Shown piece by piece: positions 44,801-52,585 of a stretch of DNA of 64,000 bases. How positions within the stretch are numbered: position 1 is the first letter of the stretch; each line of letters begins with the position of its first letter. The translations under genes were made by a program, and so were the position numbers. Origin of the DNA: Anaerolineae bacterium. GTDB lineage: Bacteria > Chloroflexota > Anaerolineae > UBA1429. The notes under the pieces were generated by a model. The model made no database searches, was not told the origin of the DNA, and saw nothing but the letters and a program-made list of their open reading frames with translations. The stretch lies in the NCBI GenBank assembly GCA_040768605.1, contig JAXGMP010000004.1, positions 176,141 through 240,140 on the forward strand. Reading direction: 5' to 3'.

Positions 44801-45690
44801 GGATGAGCGACCTCTTGCGCCTCCTCGACCAGTTCCAGGAGCCGGCGGCCTACCTGGCCGCGGCGGCCCCCCACCTGCCCGAGGGGCACCTCCTGCGCGG
44901 CGAGCTGATCCGCACGCGCGAGGCGCTTCTGGAAGACCTCCGCCGTATGGGCCGCGCCGAGGCCCCCGTGCAGCCCGGGGATTGGACCTCGCAGTTGAGC
45001 GCGCTTAGGGAACGCTACGTGCGGGCCTATGCCGAGGAGCACCGCCGCCTGGTGCTCGGCCCGCGCGCTGACGAGCGCCGCCAGCGCATCACCCGGGGTG
45101 AGGCGTTGGGCCTGGTCAGGGCGCTGGACCAACTGCGCATCCTGCCCTCACACGATCTGCGCGCCTGGCAACGGGACCTACAGGCGCTCAAGGCCTGCCC
45201 AGAGTTTCACGAGGGGGTCCTGGCCGATGACCCGCTCTGCCCGCACTGCCGGCTGAGCCCGGCCAACGCCACGGGCGCCGGCAACGCCGAGACGGCCCTT
45301 ACGGAGCTCGAGGAACGGCTCGACACCATACTGAGAGACTGGCGCAACGCCGTGGTCGAGGCGCTGGAGAGCGACGTGGCCCGGGCCAGCCGAGCGGCGA
45401 TGACGGCCGCCGAGCGCCACGCCATCGAGGCCTTCCTGAACCAGCCGGAGGCCATGGTCCTGCCGCAGGGCTTTATCGAGGCCGCCAACAAGGCCCTACA
45501 GGGCATCGAGTCGGTGGCCGTCAGCGTGGGGGCGCTGGTGGAAGCGCTGCGCGAGGGGGGCCTGCCCTGCACCCCCGCCGACCTGCGCGCGCGCTTTACG
45601 AGCTTTATGCAAGAGACCCTGCGCGGGCGCGAGGAGGCCAACACCCGCCTGACCCTCTCCGAAGATCGCACGCTGGAGGCGAGCGCCTGA
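41899..45690 (+). CDS. brxC: large P-loop ATPase, BrxC/PglY-like (DUF6079-like)
   Basis: Walker A VGNYGTGKSHL, Walker B-like ILVVVDEMLDY, a long helical body and a C-terminal CPHC cysteine motif. GGAGGA lies before the ATG. Confidence 0.7.
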   Translation: MLYRDLVQFDPIESVIRLREASQRERARELVCTYVISERMSQRLCNVVLPQLDLDRPRDNKGVLIVGNYGTGKSHLMSVLAALAEFPDLVEQVSDADVRTAAATIAGRFRVARVEIGSVERGLREIVLDQLEQSLEAWGVPFRFPAADEVSNNKDAIVEAVAAFQRTHSGQGILVVVDEMLDYLVTRDDRQVILDLGFLRELGEVTSATAFRFIGGLQETLFDSPRIAFVADRLRRVRDRFEQILIAREDIAYVVAHRLLKKNDGQIAWVRDHLRRFEPLYDGLAERGQEFAELFPIHPAYIDTFREVFVAEKRQVLVTFSKAIEERLDDEVPTDEPGVISFDHYWQVLQDDTALRGVREVAEVEDKSRVLASKVCQNYGDKGLLPMALRIIAALSVHRLTTQDINVPVGLTPEGLRDGLFLYRHMPEQTAQFLLMQVQVALREIMRTVQGQYITRNPANGQYYLDVAKSVDFDAQISTRGAMLPTDVLNRHYYDALRQALNLSDSTYTPNYRIWFYELPWGERRVTRPGYLFLGLPNERCTAQPPRDFYVYCLPPFGATEWLDEEKDDEVILALRGTDDAFAGLVRNFAAARDLQATSAQYRSEYAGKAEGYLADLVNWLRQYLITHLEVTFEGRTRPVCDVLAEARTSEADSIAALLNLVAGQLLEPTFAGAYPHYPAFRRAQVTITESARDLTATQALRAMVGMRRTGLAEAVLDGLRLLGPDGAIRPYDSPYAQRLLQRLNAKPEGQVVNRSEVVEVVAGGVDNPLEKEIDFHLEPEWLAVLLAALVYSGDIELTVNGKDINAGNIAELGSMTARQVAAFRHYRRPPTLPVGRWADIFEALDLPAGLVRDENTREQAVRDLQAKVGAGLRDLAVLDRRVTQGPRLWNMPLFTDSLAIQSQDGLVIGSDAPAVRFGQADVLPHLRAYRRLLDGLQPYNTVGKLRHLRVQPQDVADGAAGRAVAGRMSDLLRLLDQFQEPAAYLAAAAPHLPEGHLLRGELIRTREALLEDLRRMGRAEAPVQPGDWTSQLSALRERYVRAYAEEHRRLVLGPRADERRQRITRGEALGLVRALDQLRILPSHDLRAWQRDLQALKACPEFHEGVLADDPLCPHCRLSPANATGAGNAETALTELEERLDTILRDWRNAVVEALESDVARASRAAMTAAERHAIEAFLNQPEAMVLPQGFIEAANKALQGIESVAVSVGALVEALREGGLPCTPADLRARFTSFMQETLRGREEANTRLTLSEDRTLEASA

Positions 45691-45726
45691 GCCATAGACC
45701 CGACCGCACCAGGAGACACCGATACC

Positions 45727-48396
45727 ATGACGCAGCAGATCACGATGGACACAGAGACCCCGGGCGCCGCCGACCCCGCCCGCCAGGCCGAGCGGCAGGA
45801 ATACCTGGCCCGCCTGCGCGAGTACCTCCAGGACCCCGCCTTTCGCGCTATCGAGGGCTTCCCCATCGGTGAGGATGAGGACATCCTGGCCCTCTCGGAC
45901 CCGCCCTACTATACCGCCTGCCCTAACCCCTTCCTGCCGGAGGTCATCGCCCGCTGGCAGCGGGAGCGCGAGGAGACCCGCCAGGCCCTGGGCCTGCCGG
46001 TGGGGAGCGAGGAGAACTACCGCCGCGAGCCCTTCGCGGCGGACGTGTCGGAGGGCAAGACGGATGCCCTCTACCGGGCGCACTCTTACCACACCAAGGT
46101 GCCGCACCTCGCCATCGTCCCGTCGATCCTGCACTATACGGACCCGGGGGATATCGTTCTAGATGGGTTCTGCGGGTCGGGGATGACCGGCGTGGCGGCG
46201 CAGTGGTGCGGCTCTGCCCCGGAAGAGTACCGGCGCAAGGTCGAGGCGGAGTTTGCCGCGCAAGGCCTGCCCGGGCCGGTCTGGGGGGCGCGGCGCGCCG
46301 TGCTGAACGACCTGGCGCCCGCCGCAACCTTCATCGCCGCCAACTACAACTCCCCCTTCGGTGTGGATGCCTTCGCCGCCGCCGGGCGGCGCCTGCTTCG
46401 GGAGGTGGACCAGGAACTGGGCTGGATGTATGAGACCCTGCACACCGACGGCCAGACCAAGGGGCGCATCGAGTACACCGTCTGGAGCGAGGTCTTTGCC
46501 TGCCCCGACTGTGCCGGCGAGGTGGTCTTCTACGAGGAGGCGTTCGACGCGGACACCAAACGCGTCAGGGATAGCTTCCCATGCCCGCATTGCGCCGCGA
46601 ACCTTACCAAGAACAACCTCGAGAGAGCGTTTGAAACCCGCCCTGACCCTGCCCTGGGGACGCCCTGGAGCAGGATCCGTCTGCGTGCCGTCCTGATCTG
46701 CTACTCGGTCGGGGGAAAGCGCTACGAGAGAACGCCGGATGCCCACGACCTGGACGTTCTCCGGCGCATCGACGCTATGCCGCTACCGGCGGAGATTCCC
46801 ACCAACCGCTTCCCGATCGAGGTGATGTCCCACGGCTCCCGAATCGCGCCCAAGGGATTCACCCACATCCACCACTTTTACCTGCCACGCGCTGCCCACG
46901 CCATGGCGGCGCTGTGGCGCAAAGCCAACGCCCATCCCGATGCCCGCATTCGGCAGATGCTGCTCTTTTTTGTGGAGCAGGCAGCCTGGGGACTGTCGGT
47001 ACTAAATCGCTATGCCCCACTCCATTACTCGCATGTGAACCGCTACCTTACGGGCGTTTACTACGTCGCGTCGCAGCACGCGGAGTGTAGCCCGTGGTAC
47101 ACTCTGCAGGGGAAGCTGCAACGATTGGCTAGGGCCTTCAGCGGGCACGGTGCCAGCGGGGACGCGGCTGCGCTGACTACCGGCACGGCCGCCCGGCTCG
47201 ACCTTGCCGCGGATTCCATCGATTACGTCTACACCGACCCGCCCTTTGGCGAGAACATCTACTACGCCGACCTGAACTACCTGGTCGAATCCTGGCACGG
47301 CGTGGTCACCAACGCCGTGCCGGAGGCCATCGTCGACCGCTTCAAGGGCAAGGGCCTCCCGGAGTACCAGCGCCTGATGCAGCGCTGCTTTGCCGAGTAC
47401 TGCCGGGTGCTCAAGCCGGGCCGCTGGATGACGGTCGTCTTTCACAACTCGCGCAACTCGGTCTGGAACGCCATCCAGGAGGCGATCCAGACGGCCGGCT
47501 TTGTCGTGGCCGACGTCCGCACGCTGGACAAGCAGCAGGGCTCCTACCGCCAGGTAACCAGTAGCGCCGTCAAGCAGGACCTGGTCATCTCTGCCTACAA
47601 GCCTAACGGCGGCCTCGAGGAGGAGTTCCGGCGCACGGCGGGCAGCACCGAGGGCGCCTGGGCCTTCGTGCGCGCCCACCTGGGCCGCCTGCCCGTGCCC
47701 CCAGTGGTGGACGGCACCATCGAGGCCTCTGCCGAGCGCCGCGATTTTCTCCTCTATGACCGCATGGTGGCCTTCCACCTCACCCGCGGCGCCACGGTAC
47801 CGCTCTCGGCCGCCGAGTTCTACGCCGGCCTGCGCGAACGCTTTACCGAGCGGGACGGCATGTTCTTCCTCCCCGAGCAGGCCGCCGTCTACGACCAGGC
47901 CAAGATGGCCGGCGCCGAGGTCCAGCAGCTGACCTTCCTTGTGAGCGATGAGAAGTCCGCCATCCAGTGGCTGCGCCAGCGCCTCAGCCCGGCGTTGGGC
48001 GGCGCCCCAGCCACCTATCAGGACATCCAGCCTAGCTTTCTCCAGAATCTGCACCAATCCCGTTACGAGGCGCTGCCTGAGCTGCGCCAGGTCCTTGAGG
48101 AGGGCTTTCTCGAGGACGACCGCGGCCGTTGGTACGTGCCCGACGGGGGCCGCAGCGGAGACCTGGAGCGCCTGCGCCTGCGCGGGCTCTGGCGCGAGTT
48201 TGATGAGTACGCCGCTGAGAGCGGGCGCCTGCGCGCCTTCCGGTCCGAGGCGGTGCGCGCCGGCTTTGCCCGCGCCTGGGCCGCCCGCGACTATGGCACC
48301 ATCGTGCGCGTTGCCGAGCGCCTGCCCCGCGCGGCCCTCGAGGAGGACCCCGACCTGTTGATGTACTATGACAACGCCACCCTGATGACCGAATGA
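45727..48396 (+). CDS. pglX: PglXI-like DNA methyltransferase (N6-adenine/N4-cytosine type)
   Basis: SAM motif VLDGFCGSGMTG (46162-46188), catalytic TDPPFG (DPPF at 47236-47247), and a four-Cys pair CPDC...CPHC between them. Confidence 0.75.
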   Translation: MTQQITMDTETPGAADPARQAERQEYLARLREYLQDPAFRAIEGFPIGEDEDILALSDPPYYTACPNPFLPEVIARWQREREETRQALGLPVGSEENYRREPFAADVSEGKTDALYRAHSYHTKVPHLAIVPSILHYTDPGDIVLDGFCGSGMTGVAAQWCGSAPEEYRRKVEAEFAAQGLPGPVWGARRAVLNDLAPAATFIAANYNSPFGVDAFAAAGRRLLREVDQELGWMYETLHTDGQTKGRIEYTVWSEVFACPDCAGEVVFYEEAFDADTKRVRDSFPCPHCAANLTKNNLERAFETRPDPALGTPWSRIRLRAVLICYSVGGKRYERTPDAHDLDVLRRIDAMPLPAEIPTNRFPIEVMSHGSRIAPKGFTHIHHFYLPRAAHAMAALWRKANAHPDARIRQMLLFFVEQAAWGLSVLNRYAPLHYSHVNRYLTGVYYVASQHAECSPWYTLQGKLQRLARAFSGHGASGDAAALTTGTAARLDLAADSIDYVYTDPPFGENIYYADLNYLVESWHGVVTNAVPEAIVDRFKGKGLPEYQRLMQRCFAEYCRVLKPGRWMTVVFHNSRNSVWNAIQEAIQTAGFVVADVRTLDKQQGSYRQVTSSAVKQDLVISAYKPNGGLEEEFRRTAGSTEGAWAFVRAHLGRLPVPPVVDGTIEASAERRDFLLYDRMVAFHLTRGATVPLSAAEFYAGLRERFTERDGMFFLPEQAAVYDQAKMAGAEVQQLTFLVSDEKSAIQWLRQRLSPALGGAPATYQDIQPSFLQNLHQSRYEALPELRQVLEEGFLEDDRGRWYVPDGGRSGDLERLRLRGLWREFDEYAAESGRLRAFRSEAVRAGFARAWAARDYGTIVRVAERLPRAALEEDPDLLMYYDNATLMTE

Positions 48397-50333
48397 GAGA
48401 GCGCATCCTGCGCCGCTTCCCCGCCGGGGCGCACCCGCTGGTGCTCGCCTCGGACCCCGACGGCCTCCTGGAGGACGACGACGTCCGGCAGGCCCTGGCC
48501 GGGCGGGGGTACCGGCTCGTCTGCGAGGGCGACCCCTTCGGCACCTGGGCGGCGGCCGAGGCCCTGCGCCCCTGGACGTTCGCCGAGCCGGTGCTGATCG
48601 TAACCCGCGGGCCGCTCGAGGCGCTCCCCTACGACCTGTGGGAGGAGGGGCACCGCGTGGAACTCTCCCTGGCGGACGAGTTCGCGGGTTACTCGCTGCC
48701 GCTCGTCCGCGAGCTGACGCCCGCGCAGCGCCGGGCCCTGGCGGCCGCCGCGCCGCCGGAAGGCCGACTGAACCGCCGCGCCACCGCCGAGGTCATCCTC
48801 CGCGAGGTGTTCGGCGCTGCGCTGCGGTCCCTGGCCGACCCGGGCGCGCTGCTCCTATGGCTGAGCGGGGTGCACGAGGGCACGGGCCCCCTGCCGCCGG
48901 CCATCCGGCGGGCCCTGCTGGGCGACCTGGCAGGGCAGCCGGCCTACCGCGGCTGGCCGCTGGCCGACGTCCTGAGTGACGCGCAGGCCTATCGTGCCTT
49001 TGTGCAGCAGGCCTGGGAACGGCACGTGCGCGGGAGTGCCAGCATAAGGCGCATGGTCGATGGCCAGGGCTCCTACGCCGCAGCCTTTGACGGCGAGCGC
49101 CTGCAGGCCGCCCTGGGGGCGCTGGTGGAGCGCGGGCTGCTCTGCCCGGTGCTGGTCGAGAACCCCGCGGCCTTCCCGCTATGGGCGCGCCCCGGCTTGG
49201 CCAAGGACGAGGCCGCCGGGCTGCTCCGCCGGCTGGAGGAGGTCCATGAGGCGGCCTCCGCGCCCTTGGGCGAAGCCGAAGACTGGGAGGCGGTCGGCCG
49301 CCTGGCGCGCGCCTGGGCGCAGGCGGCCCTGGCCGGGCAGGCCGGCGCGGACCTGCCGGAGGAGGCCAGGGTGCGCTACTGCGACGCAGAGCGGGCCGTC
49401 GACGCGCGTTTTGGGGCTTGGCTGCAGGCTGCGTACACTGCCCTGGCGGGCCGGCGCCTGCCGGAGCCGCACCACGTCCACCACGTGCCCGGGTTCCTGG
49501 CCTACCGGTGGCGGCAGCGCGGGGCCACGGGTCGCGTGGCGCTCCTGGTGCTCGACGGGCTGTCTTTAGCCGATTGGCAGGTTATCGGGCCCGCCTGGCG
49601 TGAGCGGCACCCGGCCTGGGCCCTGGAGGAGCGCCTGCTGCTGGCCCAGGTGCCCACGGTGACGGCCATCTCTCGGCAGGCACTGGTGACGGGGCGCCCC
49701 CCGGCCGACCTGGAGAGCCTGACGAGCGGCGCCGCAGAGGCGGCGGGGTGGCGGGCCTTCTGGCAGGGGGAGGATTTTGCCGAGGAGGTCGTGCGCTACG
49801 AACGGCTGGCCCTGGCGCGGCAGGAGGCTTCGGCCGAGGTGCTGGAGGCCCGCTTTGCCGCCGCCTGCCTGGTAGATAGCAGCATCGATGACCTGGTCCA
49901 TGGCAGTACTCTGGGCGCGGCGCAGCTGCAGGGCTCTCTGCGCCGCTGGCTGGACGACTACTCCCCAGCGCTCGAGGCGGTCATCGACCGCCTGCTGGGG
50001 GCCGGCGTGTCGGTCACCATCGCCAGTGACCACGGGCACGTGGAGGCCAGCGGCATTGGCCGGCCCAACGAAGGGATCCTGGCGGACGCGCGAGCCCTTC
50101 GCTGCCGGGTGTACTCGGACGGCGCCCAGGCCCAGCGGACCGCCGACACGTTCCCGCCGTCCATCGTCTGGGCGGACGATGGCCTGTTGCCCGCCGGCGT
50201 GACGGCGGTGATGCCCGCCCGGCGGGAGGCTTACACGAACCACGGGGCCAAGGTGGTGGCCCACGGCGGCGTGACGATCGAGGAGATGGTGGTGCCGCTG
50301 GTGACGATAGATGGGGAGCGCGCGCGATGCTGA
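48393..50333 (+). CDS. pglZ: PglZ-domain (alkaline-phosphatase superfamily) protein
   Basis: VALLVLDGLSLADW and TIASDHGHVEA...VAHGGVTIEEMVVPL. ATGA overlap with the methyltransferase gene. Confidence 0.8.
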   Translation: MRERILRRFPAGAHPLVLASDPDGLLEDDDVRQALAGRGYRLVCEGDPFGTWAAAEALRPWTFAEPVLIVTRGPLEALPYDLWEEGHRVELSLADEFAGYSLPLVRELTPAQRRALAAAAPPEGRLNRRATAEVILREVFGAALRSLADPGALLLWLSGVHEGTGPLPPAIRRALLGDLAGQPAYRGWPLADVLSDAQAYRAFVQQAWERHVRGSASIRRMVDGQGSYAAAFDGERLQAALGALVERGLLCPVLVENPAAFPLWARPGLAKDEAAGLLRRLEEVHEAASAPLGEAEDWEAVGRLARAWAQAALAGQAGADLPEEARVRYCDAERAVDARFGAWLQAAYTALAGRRLPEPHHVHHVPGFLAYRWRQRGATGRVALLVLDGLSLADWQVIGPAWRERHPAWALEERLLLAQVPTVTAISRQALVTGRPPADLESLTSGAAEAAGWRAFWQGEDFAEEVVRYERLALARQEASAEVLEARFAAACLVDSSIDDLVHGSTLGAAQLQGSLRRWLDDYSPALEAVIDRLLGAGVSVTIASDHGHVEASGIGRPNEGILADARALRCRVYSDGAQAQRTADTFPPSIVWADDGLLPAGVTAVMPARREAYTNHGAKVVAHGGVTIEEMVVPLVTIDGERARC

Positions 50334-51049
50334 TCGGGTTCCGCAGGAACGTCTACCTAGAATGGCTGGAGCAGGCCGCGGCGCTCTTTTGCATGGCGCA
50401 GGACCCCGCCGAGGTGCGGGAGCGGCTGGATGCCGTCGTCGCCCTGACGGTGCAGAGCGGCGTCAACCGTCGGCAGACGCTGGACATCCTCTGTAACATC
50501 TGGGGGCCGCGCGAGGGCCCTGCTGAGCGGCTGCGCGAGGAGGCGCTGCGCATCTACCAAGAGACCACGGCGAACGGACAGCACGTTGCCCTGCACTACG
50601 GCCTGACGCTGATGGCCTTCCCGTTCTTCCGTGAGGGGGCGCGCATCGTCGGGCAGCGGCTGCGCTTCGGCGGGGCCGTGCGTACCGACGAGGTGCGGCA
50701 ACAGCTCCTGGCCAGCCTGGGCAACCTGGGGGCGGCCGCCGACGCCGTAAAGCGGATCATCTTTTCCCTGCGCAACTGGGGCCTCCTCGAGGACTCCGGC
50801 CGGCGGTATGCCTACCAGGCCTGTGAGCCTCGGCTGGCGCTGGGCACCCCGGACGTCGAGTGCTGGCTGCTCGCCGCGACGCTCACGGCACACCCTGCCG
50901 ATGAGTTGCCCTTTGCCGACCTGGTGCGCCTGCCAGAGCTGTTCGCCTTCGAGTTCAGCCTGCGGCCGTACGACCTGGCCGGGGCGTCCAGCTTGCTGGA
51001 CGTCTACCGTTCCGGCGGCGGGTGGGACGCGGTGCGCCTGCGCGACTAG
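50327..51049 (+). CDS. brxA: BrxA-like (DUF1819-like) protein
   Basis: LHYGLTLMAFPFFREG...VKRIIFSLRNWGLLEDS parallels the YPFIRDF...LREAGLL pattern I recall for BrxA. 7-nt overlap with pglZ. Confidence 0.45.
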   Translation: MLIGFRRNVYLEWLEQAAALFCMAQDPAEVRERLDAVVALTVQSGVNRRQTLDILCNIWGPREGPAERLREEALRIYQETTANGQHVALHYGLTLMAFPFFREGARIVGQRLRFGGAVRTDEVRQQLLASLGNLGAAADAVKRIIFSLRNWGLLEDSGRRYAYQACEPRLALGTPDVECWLLAATLTAHPADELPFADLVRLPELFAFEFSLRPYDLAGASSLLDVYRSGGGWDAVRLRD

Positions 51050-51056
51050 CCCCCCC

Positions 51057-51086
51057 TTGACACCCTCCCTCCCCCGCGCCTACCAT
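51057..51086 (+). promoter_or_regulatory. promoter module (TTGACA-N18-TACCAT) for the SelA-like gene
   Basis: CCCCCCCTTGACA-CCCTCCCTCCCCCGCGCC-TACCAT, 41 nt before the ATG at 51128. It is an inverted near-copy of 41246-41287. Confidence 0.5.
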
Positions 51087-51127
51087 CCTGCCAGCGCGCC
51101 GCCTTGTACCCCGAAAGGATCCCGCCC

Positions 51128-52585
51128 ATGGCTCCCTCGACTTCGACCCGCTCGAGCCTGCCGCCGCCCACCTTTGCCTCCCTGGGCGTGCGCACGCTGA
51201 TCAACTGCCGCGGCACCTACACGGTGCTCACCGGCTCGCGCGCCCTGAACACCGTCGCCGAGGCCATGCGCGCCGCCACCGACGGCTACGTCGTCATGGA
51301 TGAGCTCATGGAGGCCGTCGGCCGCCGCCTGGCCGAGCTCACCGGCGCCGAGTGGGGCTACGTCTCCTCCGGCTGCGCCGCCGCCCTGACGGAGATCGCC
51401 GCGGCCTGCATCGCCGGCGCCGACCCGGAAAAGATGGCCCGCCTCCCCGACACCGCCGGCATGCCCGACGAGGTCGTCATCCAGGCCGCCCACCGCAACG
51501 CCTACGACCGGGCCATGCGCGCCGCCGGGGCGCGAATGGTCGAGGTGGTCACCCCGGCGCACCTGCAGGCCGCCCTCTCCGAGCGGACGGCCCTCCTCGC
51601 CGTCATCGGTGACCAGGCCCACCTCGGCGAGATCCCCGTGCAGGCCATGATCGAGGCCGGCCGCGCCCGCGGCATCCCCGTCCTGGTCGACGCGGCCGCC
51701 GAGCGGCCCGACGTCCCCAACCTCTACCTGGCGATGGGCGCCGACGCGGTGGCCTACTCGGGAGGCAAGTGCCTGCGCGGGCCGCAGGCCTCCGGCCTGG
51801 TCCTCGGGCGGCGGGACCTCCTGTGGGCCGCTTGGCTGCACGGCGCGCCGCACCACGGCGTGGCCCGGCCGATGAAGGCCGGCAAAGAGGAGATCATGGG
51901 CCTGCTGGCCGCGGTGGAGGCCTGGGTCCTCGGGCGAGACCACGCCGCCGAGTGGCGCGCCTGGGAAGGGTGCCTGGCCCACATCGCCGCCGCGGCCGAG
52001 TCCCTCCCCTCGGTGTCGACCGAGGTCATCCTGCCGGGGATCGCCAACGTCACGCCCACCCTCCGCATCACCTGGGATGCGGCGGCCCTCGGCATCACGC
52101 CGGGCGAGGCCCACCGCGCGCTCGACGCGGGGGAGCCCCGCATCGCCCTGCACCTGGTGCCGGGGGGGCTGCTCATCAACCCGTACATGATGGAGGCCGG
52201 GGAGGACCGCCTGGCCGCCGCGCGGCTTCGCGAGGTGCTGGCCCTCGGGCGGCCCGGCGCCGAGAGGCCCCTGGCGCCCGCCGAGGGCGACCTCTCTGGC
52301 GAATGGCTGGCCGAGGCGACCTTTGTGCGCGGCGCGGCCCGCTACGGGCTGACGCTTACCCAGGAGGGGGGCGCCCTCCGCGGGGTGCTGCGCTCGCGCT
52401 TCGAGGCGGTCGAGGTCAGCGGTAACGTTGCCGGGCGCGAGGTCACGCTGCGCGCGCAGCTAGGGTACCAGTCCACCCGGACGGGCTACACCTTCACCGG
52501 CGTCCTGGGGGAGGACGGCGCCCTGCGCGGCGCGCTCGACTGCGGCGAGTTCGGCAGCGCCCAGTGGCGGGCTCGGCGCCCCTAG
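51128..52585 (+). CDS. SelA/DgaE-like PLP-dependent enzyme with a C-terminal extra domain
   Basis: LINCRGTYTVLTGS...YSGGKCLRGPQASG (PLP-lysine context) resembles the SelA family. I prefer the ATG at 51128 (GAAAGGA upstream) over the track's TTG at 51104, which falls just after the -10 box. Confidence 0.55.
   Translation: MAPSTSTRSSLPPPTFASLGVRTLINCRGTYTVLTGSRALNTVAEAMRAATDGYVVMDELMEAVGRRLAELTGAEWGYVSSGCAAALTEIAAACIAGADPEKMARLPDTAGMPDEVVIQAAHRNAYDRAMRAAGARMVEVVTPAHLQAALSERTALLAVIGDQAHLGEIPVQAMIEAGRARGIPVLVDAAAERPDVPNLYLAMGADAVAYSGGKCLRGPQASGLVLGRRDLLWAAWLHGAPHHGVARPMKAGKEEIMGLLAAVEAWVLGRDHAAEWRAWEGCLAHIAAAAESLPSVSTEVILPGIANVTPTLRITWDAAALGITPGEAHRALDAGEPRIALHLVPGGLLINPYMMEAGEDRLAAARLREVLALGRPGAERPLAPAEGDLSGEWLAEATFVRGAARYGLTLTQEGGALRGVLRSRFEAVEVSGNVAGREVTLRAQLGYQSTRTGYTFTGVLGEDGALRGALDCGEFGSAQWRARRP

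Noticed and set aside
42961-45132. 723-aa minus-strand ORF inside the BrxC-like gene, with similar shadows at 16089-17747, 53576-55369 and 59179-60894
   Set aside because: These are antisense shadows of genes with clear motifs. No start context or motif supports them.
41246-51092. The flanking 40-bp inverted repeats as transposon ends of a mobile BREX island
   Set aside because: No transposase or integrase gene and no target-site duplication were seen. Each repeat is positioned as a promoter about 40 nt before a flanking gene, so duplicated or co-regulated promoters are the more economical explanation. The idea is kept as a low-probability alternative in the findings.
51104-51127. TTG start for the SelA-like gene as given in the ORF track
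   Set aside because: It lies only about 18 nt after the predicted -10 box and has no RBS. The ATG at 51128 has GAAAGGA upstream. The longer form cannot be excluded without experimental data.
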